64,000 nt of DNA, taken from positions 1 to 64,000 of the IMG/VR virus record IMGVR_UViG_3300037454_000906; one strand, 5' to 3'. Position 1 is the stretch's first letter; each line of letters opens with the position of its first letter. The DNA is from a virus. This document shows, in pieces, positions 42,301-53,893 of this stretch. A program made the position numbers and the translations under genes. Below the pieces are notes generated by a model. It was not told the origin of the DNA, did not search any database, and saw only the letters and a list, made by a program, of their open reading frames with translations.

Positions 42301-44445
42301 CACCGTGGTCACATATTTGTTGACCGACCCGGAACTGGGTTTCGGGCCGACCGGGTGAACCCCCGCGAGAGCATCATAGAACGGGCAGCACATCCCGAAG
42401 TTCATGAGGGAATCGGCGACATCGGTACAAAGCGACCTGGCATTGTCGCGGGTGATGATAAGTTTGATTTTCATTGGGGCCTCCGTATGTAAAAAATTTT
42501 TTACGCGTCCGGGTTGGATTTCTGCTTCGCCTCGGCAACCTTTTTTCGACCGTATTCGGCGAGCCGCTTCGCGAAGCGTCTTGCCGTGCGCTCGCTCTTG
42601 AAAAAGAGGTCAAGGAGACAATGGACATCATCGCCGTATTCGTCGTACTTGGCCGGGTAACAGCGCAGGTACATGTTGCGGCCCGCAACGGCAGCCGCCA
42701 TGTCCATGAACTCACATTCGGGGACACCGAGCATGGATGCGGTGTCCTCGGTACAGAGGACCTCGTTGCCGTTCATGAAACCGATTGTCCACCCGGACTC
42801 CCATTTGCAGTTGTCGCGGGACAGCGACTCCTCGATAATGCCAATCGGGCATGCCCCGGATGTTGTCGGGACATCGGCGACCTTGGTCAATTCCTTACTC
42901 TTGGCCATTATTACCACCTTTCCACTTTCTGCACTTACGTTCGTAGCCAAGGCCACGTTTTGCCAGTTCCATGATTTTCAGGGCATTCGCCTCGCTGTTG
43001 CAGGCACAGGCGTAATTGGCCAGGTTGGAGAGCATGTCCCCGAACGCGGACCAGTGCATGCTCACGTAGCTCATGGAAGCATAGGCCGCCTGAAACTCCT
43101 GGTTGGCCTTCTTCGCCGATACGAGCGTGAACCCGTACCGCTTCGCGTTGCTTGCACTGGGCTTGCCCAGGCCGTCCACAATCTCCTTCGCCATGAGCAT
43201 AATGTCGCGACGATCGATGCATTTCTCGTTAACTTCCGCCATATCGGCCTCCTTTTCGATTTCTGCCCCTACGTTGGGGCCCCGGACCCAACCGGAGCCG
43301 GGACCGCCGGGACACGGCGGGCTACACCTCCGTCTCGCGAACGCAGATGTCAAGGTGCGCTTGACGGAGCGTGTCCGGGTTGGCGATGCCGATGTGCACT
43401 TCCGTTTCCAGGCGCTCCATCGCCTCCAACTTCCTGCGGAAGATTCCGAGGAACCTCTCCAAGGGAATCACACCGCCCGCCCGGATAGGCTTGAAGTCCT
43501 CGTCCTCCGTGTCGCAGAAGAACTTCCACCCGAAATGGCTTGTACCCGCGTTCAGCCTGTCGAGGTCGAGCGCGGTGCCGTCCCCCGACAGGGGCCACCC
43601 GCGCCCCTCGCTCTCCTCGCGGAGATAGTCGCGGATGTCAGCGATTACCCCGTCAACGGCCAGGGCGCGGCTCGTCTTTATCCCGTTCGCCACGCCCGGG
43701 GCTCCGGGCTCCCTGCTGAACTTCATCGTCACGGTTACGGCGTACGCCGCCTGCTTCCTGCGCATGGCATTACCCCCAAAAATGTAAAAATTTTTTAACC
43801 TTCTCCTTCCACGGGGGACAGGCAGCTCCTGGCCTCGTAGGAGGACAGGCTCGCGACCAGGGCGCGGCCCGCCCCGTCAACGCCGAAGTCCACGCGCACC
43901 GTGTCGGTCTCGAAGTCGATCGACGTGACCACGCCAGTCGCGGTCCCGAAGTCCGCTACGCGGACCTCGCGGCCATCCCCGGAGCCCGCGCCGTACAGGA
44001 AGTAGTGCTCCTTGTACGGGAGGGCATCCAGGCGCATGCCGCGCTCGGTCGCCTCGCTGTATTCCAACGTGTCGGACATGTCGCCTATAACGGCTGCGGC
44101 CAACGAGGTCATGTCGAACCCGTACCGCTTCCCGACCTCCAGGGAACAGAGGCGGGTCCTGGCGTTCAACGCCGCGACCGCCCTCTCCGCGTCCCTCTTC
44201 CTCGCGTAGTACGCCCGCATGTCGGTGCCGGGCATCACGAAGTACATCGGGCGCATGTCGCCCCCGGTGGCGAGGTAGTCGGACATGAGGACGCCTTCCA
44301 ACGTACCCACGGCCCTCGCTATCTCGCGGACGTAGGGAAAACCCTCCCTCCCGCGGAACGCCACGCAGTACAGTTTCTGGTTGAGGTGGAACGGGTAGCA
44401 TCCCTTCGGGGCAACACCCACTTCAAACACTTCGTAGTTCGTCAT
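39372..44445 (-). CDS. Hypothetical ORFs: 39372..39755, 39834..40247, 40329..40643, 40718..40954, 41037..41975, 42058..42474, 42501..42908, 42895..43242, 43322..43765, 43795..44445
   Basis: Starts chosen from AGGAG-type RBS that follow the hairpin repeat. Confidence 0.65.
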
Positions 44446-44471
44446 GTCCTTCTCCTTTCCGGTTTGTGTTT

Positions 44472-44837
44472 GGCTATGTTCACCCAAAGTGTTGTTTGGT
44501 GTAAATGGTTAAAAGTTTCACATTTTTTTGCCCGGGCATTGATACGGACCTTGTATTCTTCCGTGTATTTTCCAGCTGTCCGGCTCAATGTTCGGACATA
44601 ATGCCGCTAACCCTTTACGCACTTCATTTTCGAACTGTTCAGTCTTGGGTTGAGCCTCCGTGTCAATGGACACTTCCATATCGGTGATTTTGACTTTACC
44701 GTGGTCGCCGTGGCCGTAAAGCCGTACATAATATCTTGAGATGTCGCTATTGGTCGTTTGTTTGCTCATTTGTCGGGTCCTTTTGTTATTAACTGTTTAC
44801 TTGCTGCTAGTCAGCAACACTTTGGGTGAACATAGCC
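44472..44837. mobile_element. Non-autonomous TIR cassette (IS1595-family-like ends) carrying ORF 44518..44769
   Basis: Perfect 23-bp TIR GGCTATGTTCACCCAAAGTGTTG (44472-44494 and 44815-44837); 8-bp direct repeat TTGTGTTT (44464-44471 and 44838-44845). Confidence 0.9.
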
Positions 44838-44911
44838 TTGTGTTTCATGCCCGTACGTTCGATCCCCGGAACCCACCGTCCGCGGCACCACCGTTACACG
44901 GCGGGTGTCAT

Positions 44912-46134
44912 CTAACGCTCCACCTGTACCCAGTAGGCGTGGTTCACCCCGTCGCAGTTGCCGCACATCACCCCCGAAAGGCAATCCCAGACCTCCTTTC
45001 GCAACGTGGAAAGGTATGCGTCCCTGTCGCTCGAACGGTGCACGCTGAACGTGCGAACCCATTGGCCCACGGCGTAGTAACCCATCACGACGGTCGTAAC
45101 GTCCTGGTCGAAAGGGTCGATGGTCGTGATGCCGTAGGTGCCGTCCGCTCCCATGTACGCCTTCTTCAATGCCGACTGGGTGCTGCCCGCAGGGGCCTCC
45201 CCGCTTACACGGAAGTTAATCCTAGAAAACCGGAAACCCAACGAGGGCTCGGCCCCCGTGTCAACCTCGGCCACCAGTCGCGTCACTAGGTCCACCAGGC
45301 CGTCGAAGGTCTTGTAGTACCTGTACGCGCTCCCGGAAAAACCTGCCTTTTTCTTATCCGTCCTATCCATTTTCCATAGCCTCCCAAGGCACGAAGATGC
45401 GTACCCGTTTGCTTGCATGCCCGTACGTTCGATCCCCGGCACCCACCGACCGCGGCACCGCCACGGCACGGAAGGGGCCGGATGTTCCATGTGGAACACC
45501 GCGATTCATATAATTGATATAATTGATAGAATCCATAGACCCGCCGCCCCCAAGGGAACACCTGCCCACAAGTGCACCCTCCAAGGTATCTATGCCACCC
45601 ACTATCCCACACTTTTCCCCACCGCTTCCCCCAGTGCGGCAACAGGTATGGGGCCGACCGGGGGGAAATGGCGGGACACGGGTGGACCGAGGGGGATTAA
45701 ACCCGTGTTCATCGGTCCCCCGAGTTCCCCTTTTTGCGCCAAAAACGCCACATGGTTTACAAAAGGTTACGTAACCCGGTGTGGCCTGGGTGCGCCAGGG
45801 GGACCTGGGGGACAAATGTAAACTAGGGTTTACAGATTGCCGCTCCCGACAGGATCGAGAGTTTCTTGTAGAGCTTGAGGGAATCGGTGAACTTGTCGTT
45901 CCCGATTTGCAGTTCGGCGACCAGGTACCTGTCCCCGAAATTTTCAAAAGATTTTTTCTCGGGTTCCTGTGCGAAGATGATGTCGATGACCTTCTCGGCC
46001 CAAGCCTGGTCATAGTAGTGCACCCTCGTACACTGGCCCCCGGGTGCCTCGGGGTTCCAGGTGACCTTGCCGATGGTCACGAAGGGGACGGTCGCCCTGC
46101 CCCCGTTGGCTAACGTGAGTTCCATGTGTTGCAT
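44912..46134 (-). CDS. Hypothetical ORFs 44912..45370 and 45823..46134
   Basis: GGAGG RBS before each. Confidence 0.6.
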
Positions 46135-46599
46135 GGTACCTCCTGTGGTCATTGGTGCACACGCGGGCACCCCGTGTCCAACGATGGGGTCGTGGACATG
46201 GGTGCCCGTGTGTGCAGTGGTGGACCCCCGTGGTTCGCGGTGGCAACACGGGGGAAACGCTTGGTCGGCGGGGGGCGCGGGTACGGGGTAGCCGCCACGG
46301 TCATTCGGGGACCTGGGGGCCACCCCCTGTGAACGCAGGCCGTGCCCTGTCCGGCGACCTGTGCCTACGCTGTACCCCCGTGTCCCCCTCGATCTGGGAC
46401 ACTGGGTACACGGTGGGCATGGGGTCGCCGGGGGTCACTGGTCGCGGGAGGGGTGGTACACGGTGGGGATGGGCGGGCAGGGCGCGGCGGTGGAGCCTGG
46501 ACGGAGGTGGCGCCTGGGTTGTTAGCTGTTAATGAAAATGTTAATAAAATTTAACTAAACATACTTAAATATGCTAATGGAAATAATGTATATTTAGTT

Positions 46600-46805
46600 A
46601 TGCCTAGTTTGATATGCCGACCGTGTTAAGGCTCTTCAGTAATGAAGTAGGACTAGGCAAGTCAGCCGTGTTGCTTGATGCATATTAGGTATATCGCGTA
46701 GATACGGTTGATTAAGTGCCGTTACGGCCTACCCAGTGATGGGCAAGGTAGGAAATCACATAAGTCTATCTCTTGGTAGATTTAGGTAGGTTTCAGCTAA
46801 CGGTG
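46600..46805 (+). ncRNA. Candidate structured non-coding RNA
   Basis: No ORF; TATATT at 46589; three closing stems TGCCTAGT/ACTAGGCA, AGTCAGCCGT/ACGGTTGATT and CCGTTA/TAACGG, with internal GNRA-capped hairpins. Confidence 0.6.
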
Positions 46806-46830
46806 GAAAAATGAAAAATTAAAAAACGGA

Positions 46831-46859
46831 AAGGCCCCCGGTTGTTCACCGGGGGCCTT
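46831..46859. terminator. Strong intrinsic terminator hairpin
   Basis: AAGGCCCCCGG-ttgttca-CCGGGGGCCTT with an A-tract on the left (U-tract on the minus strand). Confidence 0.75.
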
Positions 46860-46898
46860 GGATGTTTGGAGTATTATATGGATTTGATTGAGATTGTA

Positions 46899-47905
46899 CT
46901 AGGGGACCATCTTGGATCCGAATATTTTCCTGGACCACTTCCTGAACGTTTCGGGGGTGCAGGGGTTGAGCCAGTTGCCGCATTGTGCGTCGGAGATCTG
47001 TCCGTCCCTGTGGAGGGAGTCCTTGAACGCCGCCCAGGAGAGCTGCATTTCCCAGTAGTCGCCCCAGGGGGTGTCCTTGGACTCGACGAACATCTGGATG
47101 GCCTGTCGTTTGGTGAGGTACTTGCGCATGGTGTTCTCCTTACTGCGGCATGACGTGTACGCGGGTGTTGAACCCGAGGGCGGACTCCCCGAGCATCTTT
47201 GCGATGGATTTTCCCTTTTCGGTGAGGGAGAGGGCGAAGATTTCGCCTTGTTCCTCGGTGTCGATAGTCCACACGGGTTCGAGGGTGTCCTTGGTGTCCA
47301 TGTAGCCGATGCTGAGGAACACTCCGCGTTCCTGGGCGGCGTTCTTCACGTCCTCGATTGCGCCGTAGAACTTCTGGACAGCGGGGAGTTCGGCGGTCGG
47401 TATTCCCTTGGCCGGGGCCGCGCCGTCGAGGATGTCCTTGAGGTCGGCGCCGTCTTCGTAGAGGTGCCTGATGGCCTGGTGTGCGTCCTGGTAAGCCTTG
47501 TAGATTTCCGGGGTGACGAGTTTTCTCATGCCTTCGTGTCCGATTTCGGCGTGTCCGAAGTAGGAACCGTTGACTCTCGTGGCGTTTCTCATGATTGGAT
47601 CTCCTTTTGATGCCTGTACGGCGTGTCCCCGGGGTCCACGGGGTACGGGGACCTCGGGACACGGCGGGGATGGCTAGAAGCCGACGGGGATTCCGATGGC
47701 TAGTTTTGCAAAAATGAAAAATTTAAGAATCAAATTCCCGGCCCAGGCCACGGAAGTCCTTGTCCATGATATACGCGATTTCGTCGGTGTTGTGCCCGTC
47801 GCGGTAAAGTTCCTGCACCTTGCGGCGGTCCGCCTCGTCGAGGTAGAACCAACCGCGGGCGCGGCACTTCGCCGATACGGCTTCCCATACCTGCTCGAAG
47901 TCCAT
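46899..47905 (-). CDS. Hypothetical ORFs: 46899..47129, 47140..47592, 47723..~47905
   Basis: AGGAG RBS-supported. Confidence 0.6.
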
Positions 47906-47915
47906 AACTACCCCC

Positions 47916-48578
47916 TTACCCGTCGCCGTTGTCGCAGAGGTCCTCGGCGAGGGATTCATGCCCACGCTGATAGCGGTCCTGCGCACGGTCGAGCATTTTT
48001 ACGATATTTTCCTTGTCCGGTTCGTCGCAATCGGGGATAAGCGGCATGATTCCGGCCATCCACGAATCACCTGCACAGATGTGCACACCTGTCCTGCCGA
48101 GGCCCATGAGGCCGTAATCGGCGAGGCACCTGCCCCCGGTGCGGGTGCGTTCCACGGCCTTGATGCAGTCAAGGAGCGCAATCTCGCTGAAGGGGCTGAA
48201 AATGGCGCCCGTCTTGGGGAGCGGCACAAGGTTGTCGGTGGACGGGGAACCCTTGCTCGACGGGAGGATATGGCGGTAATTCGGGTAGCGGAAGCCATCG
48301 TCGTTGCGCGGGATGTCCTTGAAGAACATCAGGATGCCGTCGCCGCTCGGGTCTGCGAGGACCTTGCAGCGGTGTATGGTCGCCATGTTTTCCAAGCTGA
48401 TGCCCACGGAACCGTCATCGGTGAAGATGAAGATGATGTTCCCGTTGGTCGCCGTGAAGCGGCCCAGGCGCGGTTCGTAGAAAATCGGGTGAAGGTTCGG
48501 ACGGCTCTTGTCCGTAGAAACCACCTTCTTCATCTTGGAAAGGACGGTAGCGGTGTGTGCCATAGAAAATGTAGCCAT
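47916..48578 (-). CDS. Second possible sliding-clamp (DnaN)-like fragment protein
   Basis: VSTDKSRPNLHPIFYE.....FTATNG resembles the DnaN S.d..Rp.L.Gi....ATDG segment. Confidence 0.45.
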   Translation of the reverse strand: MATFSMAHTATVLSKMKKVVSTDKSRPNLHPIFYEPRLGRFTATNGNIIFIFTDDGSVGISLENMATIHRCKVLADPSGDGILMFFKDIPRNDDGFRYPNYRHILPSSKGSPSTDNLVPLPKTGAIFSPFSEIALLDCIKAVERTRTGGRCLADYGLMGLGRTGVHICAGDSWMAGIMPLIPDCDEPDKENIVKMLDRAQDRYQRGHESLAEDLCDNGDG

Positions 48579-48648
48579 GTTCGTGTCTCCTTTTGATGCT
48601 CCCCGTATGTTACGGGGGTGGCGCCTGGGGAGGCGCCGTCCGTGATTC

Positions 48649-51600
48649 CTAGTCCTGCGGCTCGAAGGAAACTTCTTCCACGAAGCGGGAGTTGCCTTCC
48701 TTCGAGGTGAGGTCGAGGGCCTCGAACTTTTCGCGGGCTTCTTCCTCGTTGGCAGCGGTGATGTAGATTTCGCTGCGGTAGGTGATGCGGAATTTCTTGC
48801 CCCCTTCGGGTTCCTTCGGGGTTTCCGGCTTCTTCTTGGATGTCCTCGGGACGACAACATGGAGTTTGAGCATACCGCCACCTTCCATGTCGATTTCCAC
48901 TTCGTTGCCCTTCATGAGTTCGGCCTTGACGGTGTTCACGAGTTCGTCGAGGCCGAGCTTGCCATCTTCGGCGCGGTCATACATGTCGTTGCCTTCTTCG
49001 CCGATGCTGTCGAGGGAGCCTTCGTCGATATGGCCCGGGACAATCTTGTCGTCCTTGTCAACGGCTTCCTCGTATTTGAGGAACCCTTTGAGCGTTTCGA
49101 TACCGACATCGGCACATTCTTCCTGGGTGTCGCGGAGTTCCGGGTCGAGACGGTCGATCGCCGGGGTGAACTGGCCGGAATAGCAGATTTCGCCTACGAG
49201 GCAGAACTGGGTGGGCTTGGAATTGTTCTTCTTGGACTTTGCCATAAATCGTGTCTCCTTTTGATATGCAGGATATGTTACGGGGACGGCGCCTGGGGTG
49301 GCGCCTCCCGTGATTCCGCGTTACGCGGCCTTCTTCGCCCTTACATGGCAGATTTCGTTCATGGATCCGTATTGGGTCCCGTAGAACTTCCTCCCGTCGA
49401 GGATGAAGCCTACATCGGTCCTTGTCCCGGCGAGGTTGTGGCGCCCTTCCACCGCGTAGTCCACGGGGATTTTGAGGGTGCCGGGCCAGTTAGAAACAAA
49501 AAATTTTCCGTCCTTCTTCGTGAGATACAGATGATACTGTTCGCGCCCTTTGAGGCCCAACAGCGCCTTGCGGTCGCGGACGGCGCAACAGGCGTAGCAA
49601 ATCTTCGCCCCCTCGTATATGCCGCACCCGGTCCCGAAGGATTCGCGTTGCACGGGGAAAGGCTTGCCGCAGTCGGAGCATACGCCCGGTTCCTGGTGGA
49701 CGAAGCCCTTGTAGGCATCCCTCATGGACTTGTCCTGGTTTACCTTGACCTCGACGGTGTAGGTGTCGCCCTTGTATTCGAGCTTCCATTCGCCGAGGTA
49801 GTCGTCGGAGACCTGGCTCCCGGTGACCTCGGAAAGGTCGCCCTTTTCGTCGGGCTTCATGAGGATGGCCTCGGTCCAGGCGCCCTCGTCCTCGGATTCG
49901 GCCCCCACGCACTTGACATCCATCACCATGCCGTTCTCGAAGGTGGCGGAACGGATGATGCTTGCGCCCGGGTCGAGGCGTTCGGTGTTGTCGAGGGCGC
50001 GTTGGACGCGCTCGGCGGTTTCGGGGAAGAGTTCGATTGTGGCACGGTAGTTCATGTTGGTGTCTCCTTGTCTGATAGCCCTACGGTGTGTCCCCGGTGT
50101 CCACCCGGCATGGGGACACTGGGACACGGCGGGAACCGGGATTTTAGATGCACATGAGCGTTCTTTCGACCTTGGCGATGTCCACTGCGGCCTTGGCGAC
50201 CATGAGCAGTCGTTCCGTGACGAGCGTGGGGACTGGGTTGTTGGTGAGGATGTCGCAGTCTCTTACGATGCCGGAATGAAGGACCTTGACAATGGCCTTA
50301 TGGGGTTCCACATGGGAGCCGACTCGGGAGATAGTCCACTTTATGCCATCCTTGGCCTGGGAGAACTTGACCATGATGATTACGGAGGCAGTGGCAAAGC
50401 GCTCCGTGACGATGATGTTGAACCCCGCGCCGTTGCATTTCCAAGTGGAGGGTTTACCCTTTCCGTGGTATTTGATTGTAATGTATTCGACCTCGATGTA
50501 CGCGTCGTGATTGTCCCCGGTGAAATTTTGCTGAATATAGCCTTTCCATTCATGCCGGAGGGATATGAGTGCTCCGATGTTTGGTTTCCTAATTAACATG
50601 AATGCCTCCTTTCGGCGGTTGCGGGGATTAATCTTCCTCGCCATCGAGCCATTTGATCAGTTCATCGCGGCACTTGCCGCATATCTTCCTTTCCAACTTG
50701 AAGCCGAGGACATTGGTCATGATGACCGTGTTCATGGGGACATGTCCTTCGAATTTGCACCTGGAACACTTGTTCTTGTGCGGCATTAGTTCTTCTTCAG
50801 GGGGCATTTGTTTCTCCTTTTGATGTCCCTACGGTGTGCCGCCGGGGTCCACCGATCGCGGGGACACCCTGGCACGGTTGGGTATAGGGCACCGGGCGGG
50901 CTTCGAACCCGCAACTGTTGACCAGGTAGTCCTGGAACGGACCCCGTGCCTTACCGATGGGCACGGTGGTTATGGTCCCGCCTCTTTCCACGGATTTTTG
51001 GGCTACCGATGCCGATTTCAAAAAATATTTGGGTATGTCTACCCAAAGTGTTTCTAGTGGGGGATGTTTTCGTATTCGTCAGAAACCCAGATGGTCGTGG
51101 TGATGATACTGGTGAAACCGTGGCGCAACGCGATTTCATCCGGCATGGACTTTACTACCATTTCCCAGGTCACGGTCGACTTCTTTGCGGCGCTCTTGAA
51201 ACCAGGCTCGCCCGGCTGGATAGCCAAGTCGTTCATTCCCACGTCGGCAACGGCAGCGGCGAAATCTTCCGGGTTACTATCAATCCAGTCCTTGATTGCA
51301 CTCTTGACATTGTACTTAAAGATCTTTTCCGTGTTATGTACGGACTTGAACACAAAGACACGGACACCATCATCACCGTCACATTCCACCTTGTAGATGT
51401 ACGGAAAATTGGTTTCTACCGTCTCGTCAGCGAACTTCGGCAATACTACTTTCTTGGTCATGGTTTTCTTCTTGGGCTTGGATCCGTCATAGGTGACCGT
51501 TCCGTCCAACAGGTCGGCCAGTTCATCGGCATCCTTGCGGGAGGGGAGGTGGATTTTCAGGTAATTCTCCTCATAGTATTCATCCATGGAGTTGTCGATG

Positions 51601-53631
51601 ACCTTGATTTTGAACTCCGGGTCATTGGCGCCTTTGTCCATGTCGTATTCGGTATTGTCCTTTGCGGAATCGTCCGGGTAGATGTCGTGGAGGAACTTCT
51701 CGACAGTAGGTACATCGGTGCCATCGTATGCGGACACGTTGGCGAGAAATTCGGCGACATTGTTATATTCGTTCACGTGGGTGGAAATGCTCATGGGTTT
51801 TTCTCCATTTCAAAAAAATTTTTTAGTAAAGGTAGAAGTTCACCTTGCGGGTGAGGCCCTCGGTTTCCGCGAGGTGCTTGTGGACCTTGAAGGACTGGGT
51901 TTTATGCTGTTCCCAGTATTCCTCGCCCTTCTTGGTGAGAATGAGAACATCGAGGGACAGGGTGCCGTCATGGTGGTGATCCGCCACATGGAGGCCGTCC
52001 TTGTCGATGTAGATGTCTTGGGCATAGGATGACCTGCCGATGAATTTGAGGAAGTCATCTACGGAGTTGACCTCGATGACCTTGCCAGCGGCACCGGACG
52101 GCTGATAATCAGGGTAGCGGCTGTTGTAGTGACCGAAGAACAGGCAGGTCTTTCCCATGAGGGGACTGTGTTCCATGTTGCTCTTGAAGTCCTCGTATTC
52201 CAGGGTGTCGGAGGGGATGTAGGTGACCTTCGGTGTCGCCTGGAAGTCGATTCTTAATTCTTTCGTGTCTGCCATGATGTTGTCTCCTTGTTTCCTTGTT
52301 GTCCCTACGGTGTGTCCCCGGGGTCCACCCGGGATGGGGACATCGGGACACGGCGGGGACTACAAGTCCAAATCCTCGAACTCGAAGTCGGTTTGGTCAC
52401 CATTCGGCTTGGTGACATAGATGTTCATGATATGGTCCCAATAATGGGGCTTCAAATGCTCCATGAACATCATCAGCTTGGTCGGGTCATCGGTGCTTGG
52501 GTCATACGTGAGTTCGTTTAACCCAGGAACCGTGGATTCGCCCTCGTAGATGTAAGTACGCAGAGTAATCTTGCAGGGGGCAAGTTCCTCGCACCGCATG
52601 GTGATGTACTCACACATATCGTCAATGATTTCGTAGCTGGGTGAACGGCACGGGCCATCATACATAACCGTTTCGCCATTTTCACGCAGAATGTAAAGGT
52701 CACAAGCCATATTTTACCTCATTACCCGTAGGTAGGTTCTCCAAAGATGATGCAGTCGATGAAGTTCAGCGCGGAGCACATGTCGGCATTGCCTTTGAGG
52801 TAGTCGGCGAACGCATTGTATTCCTTGGCGTGGTCGATAAGGGCTTGGAGACCCTTCTCGAAGTCGGCCAGGGTGACATCGTGGTCCTTGCCGTCCGGGT
52901 CGGTGACAAGGATGGTCATGCCGCGTTCGAGCATCCCTGCGAAGATGTCCTCGATGCACGGGCCGAACTGGTCATCCTTGGGCCAGGTTTCTTTGAGTGC
53001 CTTCTTCACCTGGTCGTACTCGCCTTCGTTCTTCTCGTTGATGGCGTAGCCTGTCCCGGTGAACATGTCGGAAATGAGATAGGACAGCTTGTAGTCGCTC
53101 AGCTCGAGGAACTTCTTGAAAGTGATTGTTGCCATGTTGTCTCCTTGTTTCTTGTTGCCAGCACGTTGTATCGCCGGGGGCCACCGGATCCGGGCCATCG
53201 GATACACGGTGGGCTAAAGGCGCCCGGATGAAAAAAACACGACAAAAAGGGGGCGCCTGGAAACCAGGCGCCCCCGTGGAGACAACAAAATGTTAGGAAA
53301 TTTTCTTTACGATGCCTTCGGCAATCTTGACCAGGGGCTTCATTGCGACAATCTTCGAGAGCGCATTCGCGACCGCCTGTTCCGGTGTGTCGCCTATGCC
53401 GAAGCACTGGTTGGTGCATCCGGTCATCCCCGCGTAGTCGATTACCCCGATGGCCTTCTCCGTGGAGTAGGTGAGCGCGAACGGGGCAATCACCTCCTTG
53501 TTGAACCAGTGCCGCCCCATTTCGTCTTTTAGGGCATTGTGCGCCTCCTTCCCTTGATACCACGCGATCTCGCGGATGAACTCGCCGTCGGCGAGGGAGC
53601 AGAGGTCCAGTTTCGGTTTCTTCTTGGGCAT
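48649..53631 (-). CDS. Hypothetical ORFs: 48649..49245, 49321..50055, 50144..50644, 51054..51794, 51823..52275, 52360..52710, 52722..53135, 53293..~53631
   Basis: RBS-supported; hairpin copies at 50083, 50831, 52307 and 53163. Confidence 0.65.
50888..50969 (-). ncRNA. Degenerate tRNA-like element
   Basis: GCGGG-TTCGAAG-CCCGC T arm; TGCC-CATCGGTAA-GGCA D-like arm; 5-bp CACCG/CGGTG acceptor core; no canonical 7-nt anticodon loop. Confidence 0.4.
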
Positions 53632-53893
53632 TGTAAACTCCAAAAGTAAAATTTTAGTAACGATACTCGACCCGAGGGGACTCGCCGGAAAACATTATTT
53701 TCCGCTGTCGCACCGCACACCTGTGGTCCGCATCGACTCGACATACATTGATGGTCGCCCGGTCGGTCAATCGGCTGAATATCTCTGTCTCGGGGTGGCA
53801 TACCCCAAAGCCGATTTAATCGCCACCAAGAATTGATGCCACAATGTCCTGGTTGTATGTCTATATCGTTACGTCAATATGGCAATTTTAAAA

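Noticed and set aside
28499-46588. Shared 13-mer AATGGAAATAATG near the CRISPR leader (minus strand) and near the 46.6-kb ncRNA promoter (plus strand)
   Set aside because: AT-rich and only two copies, so chance cannot be excluded.
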